Shown here piece by piece: positions 1 through 15,376 of a DNA stretch of 64,000 nucleotides; position 1 is the stretch's first letter, and every line of letters begins with the position of its first letter. Position numbers and translations under genes: made by a program. Where the stretch lies: assembly GCA_902591665.1 (NCBI GenBank), contig CACJBO010000006.1:2281-66280 (forward strand), given 5' to 3'. Source of the stretch: an uncultured SAR86 cluster bacterium. Lineage in GTDB: Bacteria; Pseudomonadota; Gammaproteobacteria; Magnimaribacterales; D2472. Below the pieces are notes generated by a model. That model searched no databases. It had not been told where the DNA came from and saw nothing but the letters and a program-made list of their open reading frames with translations.

Positions 1-1123
1 GACCAGCAATAAAGTCAATTTCTTCTTTAAATAATCCTTTGCTATCTAGTGCTTTTATAATTTGAATATTATTTTTTTTACATATGGAAAAATCATCCAT
101 ACCGTGTGCTGGAGCTGTGTGAACACACCCTGTACCTGCATCGGTGGTAACATGATCAGCATGAAGAAGTTTAGATTTTCTATCTATGAATGGATGAATT
201 AAATCAATATCTTCTAATTCATGGCCTTTTACTGTTGAAATCTTCTTAACCTCAATACCCCACCTGTCAGAACACGATTCAATCATCGAATCAGCGATAA
301 TATGATGAGAATTATCAATTTTGATAAGTGTGTATTCCAAATCTGGATTAATACATACAGCTACATTTGATGGTATTGTCCATGGAGTAGTTGTCCATAT
401 AATAAAAGAAATAGATTCATTTTCAGAGAAACCAAAAACAGTTTTTACACTATCAATGCTCTCTTTATCAACTCTAAAAGCTACATCTATAGATTTAGAA
501 ACCTTATCTTGATATTCAACCTCAGCCTCGGCTAAGGCAGACCCGCAGTCTTGGCACCAATGAACTGGCTTTTCACCCTTTTGAAGATGATCAGCTTCAT
601 ATATTTTACCCAAAGCTCTAATAGCATCAGCCTCAAAAGTTGAATCCAAGCTTTTATATGGGTTGTCCCATTCACCAAATACACCAAGCCTAATAAAATC
701 TTTTTTTTGGTTTTCGATTTGAGTGAGTGCATATTCCTTACAAGCTTCCTGAAAAGTTTTCTTATCTTGAACTAGTTCACTTCTTTTTCCGTGCTTCTTT
801 TCAATATTCAGCTCAATTGGCAATCCATGGCAGTCCCATCCAGGAACATATGGAGCATTTTTTCCAAGGAATGTTTTTGATTTAATAGTAATATCTTTTA
901 GTATCTTATTAACTGAATGTCCGAGATGAATAGAACCGTTAGCGTATGGGGGTCCATCATGCAGAATAAAAGTTTCATCATTTTTATGAAGTTCTCTTAA
1001 CTTTTTATAGATATCAATATCATTCCAAAATTCAATTATCTCAGGCTCTTTTCTGGGTAAGCCCGCTTTCATAGATAATTCTGTTTCAGGAAGATTAAGA
1101 GTATCCCTATAATTAATCGTCAT
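1..1123 (-). CDS. ileS: Isoleucyl-tRNA synthetase, N-terminal part (gene runs off the window start)
   Basis: Not in the ORF track because there is no stop in the window. Manual translation from ATG 1123..1121 gives MTINYRDTLNLPETELSMKAGLPRKEPEIIEFWNDIDIYKKL...TFILHDGPPYANGSIHLGHSVNK. This is an IleRS N-terminus with the class I HIGH motif. It follows ribF by 3 nt, as in the conserved ribF-ileS pair. Confidence 0.93.
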   Translation of the reverse strand, partial: MTINYRDTLNLPETELSMKAGLPRKEPEIIEFWNDIDIYKKLRELHKNDETFILHDGPPYANGSIHLGHSVNKILKDITIKSKTFLGKNAPYVPGWDCHGLPIELNIEKKHGKRSELVQDKKTFQEACKEYALTQIENQKKDFIRLGVFGEWDNPYKSLDSTFEADAIRALGKIYEADHLQKGEKPVHWCQDCGSALAEAEVEYQDKVSKSIDVAFRVDKESIDSVKTVFGFSENESISFIIWTTTPWTIPSNVAVCINPDLEYTLIKIDNSHHIIADSMIESCSDRWGIEVKKISTVKGHELEDIDLIHPFIDRKSKLLHADHVTTDAGTGCVHTAPAHGMDDFSICKKNNIQIIKALDSKGLFKEEIDFIAG

Positions 1124-1126
1124 TTT

Positions 1127-2074
1127 TTATTTTAATAAGTTTTTTGCAGTCAATATGTCTTTTTGAATTTGTGATTTTAACATGTCTAAGTTCTCAAACT
1201 TCTTTTCTTCACGTATTTTATTTACAAATTGTACTGTTAGTCTTTTTGAATAAATCTCTTGATCAAAATTAAATAAATGAACTTCCAGCACTGGATTAGA
1301 GCCGCCCACTGTAGGTCTGGTTCCCATGTTAGCTATGCCATCAAAAGACTTGCCATCAAAAGTAGTTCTAACTGCATACACTCCAGAGATAGGAAGTTTT
1401 TGCTTTGGAAGCCAAATATTTGCTGTTGGCACACCAATTGTTCTTCCAAGATGCTGTCCATGGACTACTTTTCCTGAAAAAGTATAAGGCCTTCCTAATA
1501 AAATCTCAGCAAGCTGAAAGTCATCATTCAGGAGAGCCTTTCTTATTCTAGTACTGCTAACTCTCTGATCTTCATAGTTAAATGTTTCAGTATTCATTAC
1601 TTCAATACCTTTCTTTGAGCCCCATTTTGTTAAAAGATCAAAATCGCCTGCTCTATTAGCTCCAAATCTAAAATCATCACCTACAGTTAAAGATGCTAGA
1701 CCAACAGAATCTAATACATCTGAAATAAAAATTTCAGGAGTCATTTTTCTTAAGGAATTATTAAATTTAAGAAAAAAAGCAAAATCTATATCAAAATCTC
1801 TAAGAAGTTCAAATTTTTTCCTCCAGGGACAAATTCTTGGGGGTGCTTCATTTTGCGAGTTATTATTAGCAGCAAAGTACTCAGATGCATGTGGTTCTGT
1901 AAAAAAAACTATTGAGTAACCGTTCGTTTTCTTAGCTTTATTTTTAATTTTTGACAAAATAGCCTGATGGCCTTTATGTAAACCATCAAAATTTCCTATA
2001 GTTCCATGGAGTATTAGATTTGAATGTGATTTTTTAAAAAAATCTAAATTATGTAATCCTCTAATTAAGTACAT
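1127..2074 (-). CDS. ribF: Bifunctional riboflavin kinase / FAD synthetase
   Basis: 315 aa. N-terminus MYLIRGLHNL...GNFDGLHKGHQ aligns with the E. coli RibF start and nucleotidyltransferase motif. C-terminal kinase part has GVPTANI. murJ-ribF-ileS synteny. Confidence 0.93.
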   Translation of the reverse strand: MYLIRGLHNLDFFKKSHSNLILHGTIGNFDGLHKGHQAILSKIKNKAKKTNGYSIVFFTEPHASEYFAANNNSQNEAPPRICPWRKKFELLRDFDIDFAFFLKFNNSLRKMTPEIFISDVLDSVGLASLTVGDDFRFGANRAGDFDLLTKWGSKKGIEVMNTETFNYEDQRVSSTRIRKALLNDDFQLAEILLGRPYTFSGKVVHGQHLGRTIGVPTANIWLPKQKLPISGVYAVRTTFDGKSFDGIANMGTRPTVGGSNPVLEVHLFNFDQEIYSKRLTVQFVNKIREEKKFENLDMLKSQIQKDILTAKNLLK

Positions 2075-2075
2075 T

Positions 2076-3626
2076 TTAATTTAAAAATTCTTTAAAAGAA
2101 TACCCTCTAATTATTCTTGAGATAATGAAATATATGAATATTGATATTGTAACTTTGAAAAGAAGTGCCAACACTCTTTCAGTCTGATTTAAGTCAAAAA
2201 AATCAAAAAATTGAGCAGAGTAATTCAAAAAAACTATCACTAAGATAGAAGGTATTAATATAGAAAAATTAAACTTATTAAATGGATTAATAAGATTAAT
2301 TAGGCCATCCTTTACCAAAATTATTTCAAGGATAACTACACTGACAACAGCAGCAATTGAGCTTCCTATTGCTATACCAATATGTCCTAAGCCTAATTCA
2401 AATGCTAATAAATAATTCAAAAAGGCATTGAGCACCAACGAAAGTAATGCAACATACATAGGCGTTTTTGAATCTTTTCTTGCAAAGAATGCTGGCGTTA
2501 AAACTTTCATAAGCATGAAAAATGGTAAGCCAATTGAAAATGCCATTAAGCTCAATGATGATTGCTGGACATCATATGATGAAAACTCGCCTCTTAGAAA
2601 AATTGTGCTTATCAAGTCTACTGAACATAAATACAAACCAATAAAAGATGGCAATCCAATGAATAAAACAAACCTTTGACCTTTTTGTAATTCGGATATA
2701 AATAAGTTTTTATTCTGAGTAATATCAATTTTTGATAAGGTTGGCAAAAGAACTGTGCCAATAGCAATTGCAAATAAGCCCATTGGCAATTGAATTAATC
2801 TATCAGACACATACAACCAAGTTGGGCTACCTGTTTGAAGTAAAGATGCAAAAATAGTATCAATAAGTAAATTAATCTGAACAATTCCACCAGCAAGGAT
2901 TGCTGGAAATACAAGCGTAATAAATTTTTTTAAACCTGGGTGAGACCAGTTAAGAGTAGGCCTTGGAAGTCTATTAATTTTTTTTAATGCAATTATATGT
3001 ATTACTAATTGCATGAATCCAGCTGCAAGAACTCCCCATGCTAAGGCAAATACTGGAATACTAAATTTTGGTGCTAGATATACTGCAGCTATTATTAATG
3101 AAATATTAAATATTAAAGGTGTAAATGCCGGCAAAGAGAAACGATCATGGCTATTTTGTATGCCGCTTGAAAAAGCAACTAAAGAAATTAATGCTAAATA
3201 TGGAAACATTATTCTTAAAATATCTACCGCTAAGTCTTTTTTGAAATCATCAAAATAAAATCCTGGAGCAAATATAAAAATAAAAATTGGAGCTATTAGT
3301 AGCACTATGAGTGTAAAGAAAAATAAAACACTTAAAAATGATCCAGCTAAAGCATTGAGAAAGTTGTATATATCTTTTTCATTTTCGCTCTTCTGATAGT
3401 CACTATAAATTGGAATAAATGCTTGGTTGAAAGCACCTTCGGCAAAAAATCTTCTAAAAAGATTTGGAATTTTTAAAGTCACGACAAAAATATCATGAAA
3501 AACTGATGCTCCTAGCAAGCTTGTTGTAGCTATATCTCTAATTAAACCGAAAAGTCTAGATAAACCAGTCCATGCTGAAACCTGTGTTAATGCTTTAAAA
3601 AATTTATTTGATTTAACGCTAGCCAT
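2076..3626 (-). CDS. murJ: Lipid II flippase MurJ (MviN)
   Basis: 516 aa polytopic membrane protein. N-terminus ...[21 protein letters not shown] resembles the MurJ N-terminus. Located upstream of ribF-ileS. Confidence 0.9.
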   Translation of the reverse strand: MASVKSNKFFKALTQVSAWTGLSRLFGLIRDIATTSLLGASVFHDIFVVTLKIPNLFRRFFAEGAFNQAFIPIYSDYQKSENEKDIYNFLNALAGSFLSVLFFFTLIVLLIAPIFIFIFAPGFYFDDFKKDLAVDILRIMFPYLALISLVAFSSGIQNSHDRFSLPAFTPLIFNISLIIAAVYLAPKFSIPVFALAWGVLAAGFMQLVIHIIALKKINRLPRPTLNWSHPGLKKFITLVFPAILAGGIVQINLLIDTIFASLLQTGSPTWLYVSDRLIQLPMGLFAIAIGTVLLPTLSKIDITQNKNLFISELQKGQRFVLFIGLPSFIGLYLCSVDLISTIFLRGEFSSYDVQQSSLSLMAFSIGLPFFMLMKVLTPAFFARKDSKTPMYVALLSLVLNAFLNYLLAFELGLGHIGIAIGSSIAAVVSVVILEIILVKDGLINLINPFNKFNFSILIPSILVIVFLNYSAQFFDFFDLNQTERVLALLFKVTISIFIYFIISRIIRGYSFKEFLN

Positions 3627-4014
3627 CTTTTTTAAAATCCAATGAGGCAGAATTAATACAATACCTCAACCCTGTCGGTTTTGGGCCGTCATTAAAAACA
3701 TGTCCAAGATGGGCATCACATTGCTTACACTTAACTTCAATACGTGTCATTCCATGAGAGTGATCAGGAACTTCAGATATTGTTTCTTTATCTTTTGGAA
3801 GAAAAAAGCTTGGCCAGCCACAACCTGAATCAAACTTTGTATCAGATTCAAACAGTGGTGCATCACAGCAAATACAGTTGTATTGCCCTTTTTCACTAAA
3901 ATTCCAATATTTTCCTGTGAAAGGTCTTTCAGTGCCGGATTGTCGAGTTACATAATAACTCTCATCACTAAGTTGAGACTTCCACTCTTCATCTGTCTTA
4001 TTTCTATGCCACAT
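3619..4014 (-). CDS. msrB: Peptide-methionine (R)-S-oxide reductase
   Basis: 131 aa. Has two CxxC zinc pairs (CICC, CKQC), a GWPSF motif and the catalytic RYCINS motif typical of MsrB/SelR. Its 3' end overlaps the murJ start by 8 nt. Confidence 0.92.
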   Translation of the reverse strand: MWHRNKTDEEWKSQLSDESYYVTRQSGTERPFTGKYWNFSEKGQYNCICCDAPLFESDTKFDSGCGWPSFFLPKDKETISEVPDHSHGMTRIEVKCKQCDAHLGHVFNDGPKPTGLRYCINSASLDFKKDG

Positions 4015-4079
4015 TATTCAATTGTAATGAACAACAATGAATATAGGTAGAGCTTTAGATCTATAGAGTAAAATTTAAA

Positions 4080-4484
4080 TTATGAAGCTTTATCGATTTT
4101 TACAGCTTTATCAGAATCGTTAGCATATTGAACAAAATCATTTAAAAGCGTTTCAGAAGGAAAATATATTCTTCTTCGTCTATCAACCTGGGATTGTTGC
4201 TCATCAATATATCCTAACTGAACTGCCTGTTTTAAAACTTGCAGTCTTTTAATTCTTGAGGCAAATTTTTTGGGCACTAATGAAATAGCATATTCTTGGG
4301 AGATTTCATTACCTTCAAGAGCCTCCCACATAAAGCTCATTAAAAAATAAAATCTGTAAGTATCTGCCTGAAAGAAATTAAGAGATTCTGGATTATTAGG
4401 ATTATCTATACTTGCACTTAATACTCTTCTAATAAGTTTCTTTGAATTTTTGAGAGATGTTTCGTCAATTTTTAAAAATTTCAT
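4080..4484 (-). CDS. Hypothetical small protein, possible MarR-like winged-helix DNA-binding protein
   Basis: 134 aa with an ATG start. The C-terminal segment ...LQVLKQAVQLGYIDEQQSQVDRRRRIYFPSETL resembles the recognition helix plus D-R-R wing of MarR-type wHTH proteins. No family recognised beyond that. Preceded by the longest spacer in the window. Confidence 0.45.
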   Translation of the reverse strand: MKFLKIDETSLKNSKKLIRRVLSASIDNPNNPESLNFFQADTYRFYFLMSFMWEALEGNEISQEYAISLVPKKFASRIKRLQVLKQAVQLGYIDEQQSQVDRRRRIYFPSETLLNDFVQYANDSDKAVKIDKAS

Positions 4485-4700
4485 GGTTTACCCTATTTAT
4501 TAAATATGTATATTTTATATATGCAATTTAAATGCCAAAAAAATGTACCTAACCTGCACTTTTTATTTTCAAATGAACTCTTTTTATTTATTTTTTATTT
4601 ACTGATTTGAAATATATGTTTTATATACATAATTTTAATATAAAAAAATACTATTTTGTGGGCCCCAGGGCAATAAGTATGCACTAATTAAGACAAAATC

Positions 4701-5744
4701 CTATATTTCTATGTCTTTTCTAAAATAATGATTAGATCTAGAGCTTTCAAAAGTTGCTTTTAAATCTTCGTGATTTCCTAGATAGGCTTTTTTGAATTTA
4801 GAAGATTCTTGGTTGATTGGGTATTCGGAATAAAAAGTATCTATTTTATATGGTTCAGTTAATTTAATTGCCTCTGAGAGACAATTCATTTTTTTATTAT
4901 TTTCAAATACCATCGACTTATCCATATCAAGAAATTCTTGTAAACGTTTAATTAAATAAAGTGTTCCATTTAATTTTCCATTAAAACTATGGCCTGCTAT
5001 ATGAGGTGTCGATAACAAAGAATAATCAATAATTTCTCTACTTGGAGTTGGTTCGTTTATCCAGACGTCAGAAATATAATTTACTTTGTTGTTTTTCAAC
5101 AAACTTTGCTCATCAATAATACCTCCTCTGGAAGTATTGATAAGGGTTTTATTACTAATATCATCTATAAAAACTTGGTCTACCAATTTAAATGTTGGAA
5201 ATAAAGTTTTATGAGTTAAAGGAACGTGTAAAGAAATTAAATCACATTCTTTAATTGTATTAATATTTGATAAAAAATCATGATCTAAGAATGGATCATA
5301 AACTGAGTTTCTTATTGAAAAGGTATCTAAAACAAATTTTAATTTTTTACCAATATTCCCATAACCAACTATTCCAACATTATCATTGATATTAAAAAGA
5401 TTTTCTCTCTTTAAATAGCATATTGCTGACATAACATAATTTACAACAGATAATGAATTAGAGCCTTCTGCACAAAACCATTTAATATTCTTGGTATTTA
5501 AATATTTTATGTCTAAGTGATCTATACCAGCTGTTGCTGATCCAACAATTTTAATTTTAGTATTTTTAAGTAAATCTTTGTCTACTGAGGTGGTTGATCT
5601 GATAAATAATGCTTCTGTATCTTTTAATTTATCGTTAGTTATTTCTTGTGTATGAAGGTATTCAAATTCTATCTCATCAAACCCATTAATTGATGTAATT
5701 ATTTTTTCAAAGGATTTTATCCCCTTATCAACCGTTATCTTCAT
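4701..5744 (-). CDS. pdxB: Erythronate-4-phosphate dehydrogenase
   Basis: 347 aa. The N-terminal organisation (MKITVD..., ALFIRSTTSV, VGSATAGIDHLD) parallels E. coli PdxB. It is a D-2-hydroxyacid dehydrogenase fold with a GYGNIG NAD motif and a PdxB-type C-terminal extension. Confidence 0.82.
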   Translation of the reverse strand: MKITVDKGIKSFEKIITSINGFDEIEFEYLHTQEITNDKLKDTEALFIRSTTSVDKDLLKNTKIKIVGSATAGIDHLDIKYLNTKNIKWFCAEGSNSLSVVNYVMSAICYLKRENLFNINDNVGIVGYGNIGKKLKFVLDTFSIRNSVYDPFLDHDFLSNINTIKECDLISLHVPLTHKTLFPTFKLVDQVFIDDISNKTLINTSRGGIIDEQSLLKNNKVNYISDVWINEPTPSREIIDYSLLSTPHIAGHSFNGKLNGTLYLIKRLQEFLDMDKSMVFENNKKMNCLSEAIKLTEPYKIDTFYSEYPINQESSKFKKAYLGNHEDLKATFESSRSNHYFRKDIEI

Positions 5745-5758
5745 TTATTAATTAGGTA

Positions 5759-6580
5759 TTAATTAGATTTATCTGGCATAACTAAACTTTTTAGCCATCC
5801 AAATAAACTATTTTGTCCCAGAGTATATCTATCCAATGCATCAAATTCTTTTGCTAGTTTAATAGGATCTTCAAGAAAGTTAGCTCTAGTATTGAATTCT
5901 ACATCATCTAATGTTTTTACTAATTTAGCCGGATTCCCAGCAAATATCGAATTTGGAGGAACATCTTTTGTAACAACAGCGCCAGCGCCAATAATACTAT
6001 TTTTACCGATAGTCACTCCTTTGCAGATAATTGCACTATCACCAATCCATACATTATCCTCAAAAACTACTGGCTTAGTATTTCCAACTGGTTCGGCTCT
6101 ATCATATATACCATGCCAGTCAGCATCTGATATGTATGCGCCATGAGCAATCATGCAAGCATCCCCAATAATAATACTTTTAGCAGACATTATTCTAACG
6201 CCAGGAGTAATCAAGCAAAACTTACCAATTTTTATTTCACCTTTATGTTCACCAATATCCCAAGAGGTAAATTGTATATGGGCATCTTTAGATCCAATTA
6301 AAGTAGGATAATCATCAATTGAGACATTACCGCCAAATACCTTTATGTAACTTGGTTTGAAATATGCGCCCCCTTTACCAAGATAATCAAATTGTGGTTC
6401 TAAGAATTGTCTTACATAAATTTTAACAATTTTGGTAACTAATTTTTTTAACCAATATGGTCTATTGTCTTTTCTGATAATAATCTCCAAAGGTGATATT
6501 TTAATATGATAAAGTAGCGGAAAAATTATTTCATAAAAATTGATTAAAAAATATTTAAAAGAATTTAAACACCTCTTCAA
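5759..6580 (-). CDS. Left-handed beta-helix (hexapeptide-repeat) acetyl/acyltransferase
   Basis: 273 aa. Hexapeptide repeats run through ...IGDACMIAHGAYISDADWHG...VWIGDSAIICKGVTIGKNSIIGAGAVVTKDVPPNSIFAGNPAKLV. The N-terminal ~100 aa are not recognised. The start as given is TTG (6580..6578) and overlaps the divergent MATE gene, so the 5' end is uncertain. Confidence 0.7.
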   Translation of the reverse strand: MKRCLNSFKYFLINFYEIIFPLLYHIKISPLEIIIRKDNRPYWLKKLVTKIVKIYVRQFLEPQFDYLGKGGAYFKPSYIKVFGGNVSIDDYPTLIGSKDAHIQFTSWDIGEHKGEIKIGKFCLITPGVRIMSAKSIIIGDACMIAHGAYISDADWHGIYDRAEPVGNTKPVVFEDNVWIGDSAIICKGVTIGKNSIIGAGAVVTKDVPPNSIFAGNPAKLVKTLDDVEFNTRANFLEDPIKLAKEFDALDRYTLGQNSLFGWLKSLVMPDKSN

Positions 6581-7904
6581 TATTGGATTTCCAATATTTG
6601 GCTCTCAATTATCTTATGCTCTTATGGGCACTACCGATACAATTATTGCTGGGAGAGCAAGTGCATCAGATTTAGCAGGTCTTGCTGTAGGAAATGCATT
6701 TTCCATGACTATTTTTATGTTTTTTTCTGGTGTAATTTTTGCTGTAACTCCAATAGTTGCTCAGCTTTATGGAGCAAAAAAATTCCAACTAATTGGTCAA
6801 AAACTTAGAGAAGTTTTATGGATATCTATTCTATTAGGATTCTTAATTGCTTTATTGTTTATGAATATGGGGATAATTTTAGATGTGTTGCCTATTGATA
6901 AAAGCGTTACAGATATTTCAGAAAAATACCTCAAAGCTGTAGCACTAGGTTTTGCTTTTATTACGGTCTTTACATGTTTGAGGTGTTATAGCGAAGGTAT
7001 GACTCTAACAAAACCTGTTTTTTATATTGCAGTATTTGGAATGATATTAAATATCCCCCTAGATTTAATTTTTGTATATGGATGGTTGGGAGCACCTAAG
7101 TTGGGTGGAGTTGGTTGCGGTATAGCCACTACAATTGTTTCATTTATTATGATGGTAACAATCTTAATTTACATCAATATAAATAAAAAATATAAAATAA
7201 CCGAGCCCTTCTCTAAATTTACGCCTCCTTCTATTGAGACTACTAAAGAGGTATTTAAGCTTGGATTGCCAATTGGTTTTGGAATTTTTATTGAACTAAG
7301 TATGTTTTCAGGTGCCCAAATTATTTTAGGTATTCTGGGTGAAGATATTGTTGCGAGCCATGCTATAGCAATTAATGTTGCTAGTTTATTTTTTATGGTG
7401 CCATTAGCAGTTGGTTTGGCTGCTGCAACAAGAGTTGGTAATTTAATTGGCGAAAATAATTATAAACAAGCAAAGGTTGCCTCTTCATCAACAATTTATT
7501 TATGTATTCTAACTGCATTAATGAATGTGATATTAATTTTAAGCTTTAGAGAGCTAATAGTTAGTATATATACAACAGATGAAATTATATTTTCTCTTGC
7601 TGTATATTTATTAATTTTTGCTGCAATTTTTCAACTGCCTGATGGAATTCAAATGGGCGCTCTTGGAAGTTTAAGAGGTTTTAAAGATACTTTTGTTCCA
7701 ATGATCCTTTTATTTATATCTTATTGGATATTTGCAATGCCAATTGGATATTACCTTACTATGACAGGTTTTAATGCGCCTATGGGTGCTGCTGGAATGT
7801 GGTTCGGAATGATAATTGGATTAAGTATATTTGCAATTTTAGCAATATTAAGACTTAGATGGATTATTAAAAAATATCTTAAAAAAGTTGAAGTTACTTA
7901 TTAA
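6540..7904 (+). CDS. MATE family multidrug/sodium efflux transporter (NorM-like)
   Basis: 454 aa with about 12 predicted hydrophobic segments. N-terminus [42 protein letters not shown] aligns with the E. coli NorM N-terminus. TTG start at 6540 with an in-frame TAA at 6534..6536, so it cannot start further upstream. Confidence 0.85.
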   Translation: MIKKYLKEFKHLFNIGFPIFGSQLSYALMGTTDTIIAGRASASDLAGLAVGNAFSMTIFMFFSGVIFAVTPIVAQLYGAKKFQLIGQKLREVLWISILLGFLIALLFMNMGIILDVLPIDKSVTDISEKYLKAVALGFAFITVFTCLRCYSEGMTLTKPVFYIAVFGMILNIPLDLIFVYGWLGAPKLGGVGCGIATTIVSFIMMVTILIYININKKYKITEPFSKFTPPSIETTKEVFKLGLPIGFGIFIELSMFSGAQIILGILGEDIVASHAIAINVASLFFMVPLAVGLAAATRVGNLIGENNYKQAKVASSSTIYLCILTALMNVILILSFRELIVSIYTTDEIIFSLAVYLLIFAAIFQLPDGIQMGALGSLRGFKDTFVPMILLFISYWIFAMPIGYYLTMTGFNAPMGAAGMWFGMIIGLSIFAILAILRLRWIIKKYLKKVEVTY

Positions 7905-8762
7905 TTGCCTTTGCAACAGTTGAGCCGATCTCAGTTAAGTTATCAGCCACATAAACCCCACATTCTTTTAACTTAGAAATTTTATCTGCAGCAGTACCTT
8001 TACCTCCAGCAATTATTGCACCAGCATGCCCCATTCTTTTACCAGCCGGAGCGGTTTGGCCTGCAATATAAGAAATAACAGGTTTTGAAACATTATATTT
8101 TATAAATTCTGCTGCATCTTCCTCAGCAGTTCCTCCAATTTCTCCAACCATCACTATGGCTTCGGTTTGAGGATCATTTTCAAATAACTCAAGTATATCT
8201 ATAAAAGACGAGCCCGGAATAGGATCGCCACCAATACCCACACAACTGCTTTGGCCAAAACCTAATTCAGTTGTTTGTTTAACCGCCTCATAAGTCAATG
8301 TACCTGACCTTGAAATAATGCCAATAGATCCCTGCATATGAATACTTGCAGGCATAATGCCTAATTTAGCCTCTCCAGGGGTAATAAGACCAGGACAATT
8401 AGGGCCTATTAAAGTGAGGCCTAATTCGTCAACTCGTTTTTTAACATCAAGCATATCTAGAGTTGGAACGCCCTCTGTAATACAAACAATTAATTCTATT
8501 CCTGATTCTGCAGCCTCTAAAATAGAGTCTTTACAAAAAGGAGCTGGAACAAATATCAATGATGCATTCGGCTGAACACTTTTTACAGCTTCATCCATGG
8601 TATCAAATACCGGCTTTCCTAAATGCGTTTGCCCTCCCTTGCCTGGAGTAATACCCCCAACAATATTAGTGCCATACTCTATAGCTTGCTCTGAATGAAG
8701 AGTTGCCTGTGAGCCAGTAAACCCTTGAACAATTACTCTTGTGTCTTTATTAACTAAGATAC

Positions 8763-8766
<4 letters not shown>
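7894..8766 (-). CDS. sucD: Succinyl-CoA synthetase alpha subunit
   Basis: 290 aa. [33 protein letters not shown]..., phosphohistidine loop region GHAGAII. Follows sucC with a 4-nt overlap. Confidence 0.97.
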
Positions 8767-12557
<3,791 letters not shown>

Positions 12558-12565
12558 AATTATCC

Positions 12566-15370
12566 CTATTTTAACGCTTCTTCTATAAGATTGTTTTGTT
12601 GTTCAAGATGTAATTTCATCATACCAACGGCTGGAGCAGCTGCTGGAGGTCTGCTGACCATGAAGATTTCTTTACCTGAATCCAATCTATCTAAAACTCT
12701 TTGTAATCTATGTCTGTGACTAAACCAAGCTCCTTGGTTTGCTGGTTCTTCTTGGCACCAAACAATTTCTTCAACATTTTTATATTTTTTTAGGCATTCC
12801 TCTAAATCATCATATGGGAATGGGTATAGCTGTTCTATTCTCACAATAGCAATATGTTCTTTTTTATCTTGTATTTTTTTATTTTGAAGATCATAAAAAA
12901 CCTTACCAGAACATAGTATGATTTTTTTAACATTAGATTTTTTCTTGGTGTCACTATCAATAACGCATTGAAAAGATCCATCTGTTAATTCATTAATTGA
13001 AGAAGTTGCATTTGGGTTTCTTAATAAACTTTTTGGAGAAATAACTATAAGAGGAGTTCTCATTTTTCTTATTGCTTGCCTTCTAAGTAAATGGAATATC
13101 TGAGATGGAGAGCTAGGAACACATACTTGTATATTTTCTGATGCACATAACTGTAAGAATCTCTCTATTCTTGCACTGCTATGTTCTGGGCCTTGTCCCT
13201 CATACCCATGGGGTAAAAGCATAACTAATCCAGATAATCTCTCCCATTTGTGTTGTGCGGAAACTATAAATTGATCAATAACCACTTGAGCTCCATTTAC
13301 AAAATCACCGAATTGAGCTTCCCAAATGGTTAAACCTGTAGGCCATGTTGCAGAATATCCGTATTCAAAACCTAAAACTGCTTCTTCTGATAATAGAGAA
13401 TCATATATATCAAACCTTGTATTATGATCTCTAGCTATTTTTGATAACGGGATATAACCATCTCCAGTTTCTTGATCAAAAACACATGCATGTCTATGAG
13501 AAAAGGTTCCTCTTCTAACATCCTGACCTGTTATTCTTATTGGATAGCCCTCTGAAAGCAATGAAGCATATGACATACTTTCGGCAAATCCCCAGTTTAT
13601 ATCTAAACCACCTTCATTCATCTTTCTTCTATCAGAAAAAATTTTTGATGCCTGTGTTCCGAGATTAAAAGAATTAGGAACTTCGCATATTTGCTTGCCA
13701 AGTTTTTTTAATTTTTTTTGATCAAAAGCAGTGTTAACTTTAGGCCACCATAAAACATCTAAATATTCTGTCCAGTCAAACCACAATTCATTATTTGAAT
13801 GATCAGATAAGCTTTTTGCTACTGTTTCACCGCCTTCTAAAGACTTTCTATATGAATTTTTAATCTCTAATGCAGATTCTTTTGTGACATGACCATCGTT
13901 TATTAGCTTTTCTTGATATTGATTTAAAACAGATGGATGTTTAGCAATTGTCTTATACATAGTTGGCTGTGTTGCTGATGGATCATCTGCCTCGTTATGA
14001 CCTCTTCTTCTATAGCAAAATAAATCAATAACAATATCTTTGTTAAATTTAGCTCTGTACTTACAAGCAATTTTAACTGCTTTTACAACCATTTCTGGAT
14101 CGTCACCGTTTACATGAATAACAGGAGCCTGGATCATTTTTGCAACATCAGTAGCATAATCAGTTGATCTTGCATCCAATTTATTGCTTGTAGTAAAACC
14201 AATTTGATTGTTCACTATTACATGAATAGTTCCGCCAACATTAAAGCCTCTAGTTTGAGACATTTGTAAAGACTCCATTACTACACCTTGACCTGAAAAT
14301 GATGCGTCACCATGTAATAAAACAGGAACAACTTTTTTTCTTTCCACGTCATCTAGCCTATCCTGTCTTGCTCTAACCGATCCAAGCACCACAGGATCAA
14401 CGATTTCTAGATGGGATGGATTGTTGTTTAAAGACACATGAACTTCACCACCAGGAGTATCAATATTTGATGAGAATCCAAGATGATATTTAACGTCTCC
14501 AGTATTAGCACCTTCAAGTACATCAGTTTCATCAAATGCAGAAAATAAATCTTTTGGTAGTTTGCCTAATACGTTTACTAATAAATTTAATCTTCCTCTG
14601 TGAGCCATGCCAAAACAAATCTGATTTGCGCCCAATGCTCCACAATTTTGAATAACAGCATCAACTAATGGCACTAAAGACTCGCTTCCATCAATACCAA
14701 ACCTTTTCATACCTGGATATTTCGCAGCTAAGTATTTAGCTAGTCCTTCAGCAGAGTTTAACCTCTCAAAAATATGTATTTTTTCTTCATTTGAAAAACT
14801 ATAGTTTTCTATTTTTGATTCAAATTTCTTTTGGAACCATCTTCGCTCATCTGAATGCATAATATAGTTGTATTCAATTCCAATATTGCCACAGTAAATT
14901 CTTCTTAATTCTTTAACAATATTTCTTAAAGTAGATTTTTTTGGCCCAATATCAAAAGTATCAGTAAAAAATTCATCATCCAGATCAGACTTATTGAGAC
15001 CATGAAACTCAATTTTAAGATCTTCAATTTGATCTCTTTGCATAATGCCTAAAGGATCTAAGGTAGCTTCTTGATGACCTCTGTTTCTATATGCTTGAAT
15101 AAGTCTTATAACCTTTCCTTGCCTTTCGTCAACTGATTCGTGAGATGTGATTGAAGCTCTTGATAAATTCTTAAATTCTTCAACAATACTCTGATGTGAT
15201 ATTTCAATATTACCATTTGATGCATTTGGTAAGTTTTTAAAAAAATCTATCCACTCAGAAGATAAATCTTCTGGATTGTTTAAGTATTTTTCATACAGGG
15301 TTTCAAGATAGGCAGCATGTCCGGCTGACAAATGTGAACTCCCCCATAGTTCTTGCATCGAATTAGTCAT
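12566..15370 (-). CDS. sucA: 2-oxoglutarate dehydrogenase E1
   Basis: 934 aa. Typical SucA N-terminus (...[16 protein letters not shown]) and ThDP-enzyme length. Located between sdhB and sucB. Confidence 0.96.
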   Translation of the reverse strand: MTNSMQELWGSSHLSAGHAAYLETLYEKYLNNPEDLSSEWIDFFKNLPNASNGNIEISHQSIVEEFKNLSRASITSHESVDERQGKVIRLIQAYRNRGHQEATLDPLGIMQRDQIEDLKIEFHGLNKSDLDDEFFTDTFDIGPKKSTLRNIVKELRRIYCGNIGIEYNYIMHSDERRWFQKKFESKIENYSFSNEEKIHIFERLNSAEGLAKYLAAKYPGMKRFGIDGSESLVPLVDAVIQNCGALGANQICFGMAHRGRLNLLVNVLGKLPKDLFSAFDETDVLEGANTGDVKYHLGFSSNIDTPGGEVHVSLNNNPSHLEIVDPVVLGSVRARQDRLDDVERKKVVPVLLHGDASFSGQGVVMESLQMSQTRGFNVGGTIHVIVNNQIGFTTSNKLDARSTDYATDVAKMIQAPVIHVNGDDPEMVVKAVKIACKYRAKFNKDIVIDLFCYRRRGHNEADDPSATQPTMYKTIAKHPSVLNQYQEKLINDGHVTKESALEIKNSYRKSLEGGETVAKSLSDHSNNELWFDWTEYLDVLWWPKVNTAFDQKKLKKLGKQICEVPNSFNLGTQASKIFSDRRKMNEGGLDINWGFAESMSYASLLSEGYPIRITGQDVRRGTFSHRHACVFDQETGDGYIPLSKIARDHNTRFDIYDSLLSEEAVLGFEYGYSATWPTGLTIWEAQFGDFVNGAQVVIDQFIVSAQHKWERLSGLVMLLPHGYEGQGPEHSSARIERFLQLCASENIQVCVPSSPSQIFHLLRRQAIRKMRTPLIVISPKSLLRNPNATSSINELTDGSFQCVIDSDTKKKSNVKKIILCSGKVFYDLQNKKIQDKKEHIAIVRIEQLYPFPYDDLEECLKKYKNVEEIVWCQEEPANQGAWFSHRHRLQRVLDRLDSGKEIFMVSRPPAAAPAVGMMKLHLEQQNNLIEEALK

Positions 15371-15376
15371 TTCAAG

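Noticed and set aside
321-732. Two small ORFs in the track, 321..512 (+) and 532..732 (-).
   Set aside because: Both fall inside the ileS coding region (1..1123, minus strand) in other frames. The ileS frame gives a clear IleRS translation.
4506-4610. A 34-codon plus-strand ORF (MYILYMQFKCQKNVPNLHFLFSNELFLFIFYLLI) in the long spacer upstream of the 134-aa gene.
   Set aside because: It has no Shine-Dalgarno and a composition expected from AT-rich non-coding DNA. There is nothing to support translation.
4503-4633. Two similar AT-rich 20-25-mers (ttttatatatgcaatttaaat and ttttatatacataattttaat) about 105 bp apart, flanked by inverted atgtatat / atatacat. Considered as operator repeats.
   Set aside because: Similarity of this quality is expected by chance in DNA that is nearly all A and T. 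I cannot distinguish it from background without a genome-wide count.
4658-4671. A GC-rich island, gtgggccccagggc, in an otherwise AT-rich spacer. Considered as a pdxB terminator.
   Set aside because: The self-complementary parts (GGGCCC, CCC-TG-GGG) cannot form a hairpin with a viable loop. The following T-run alone is not evidence of a terminator.
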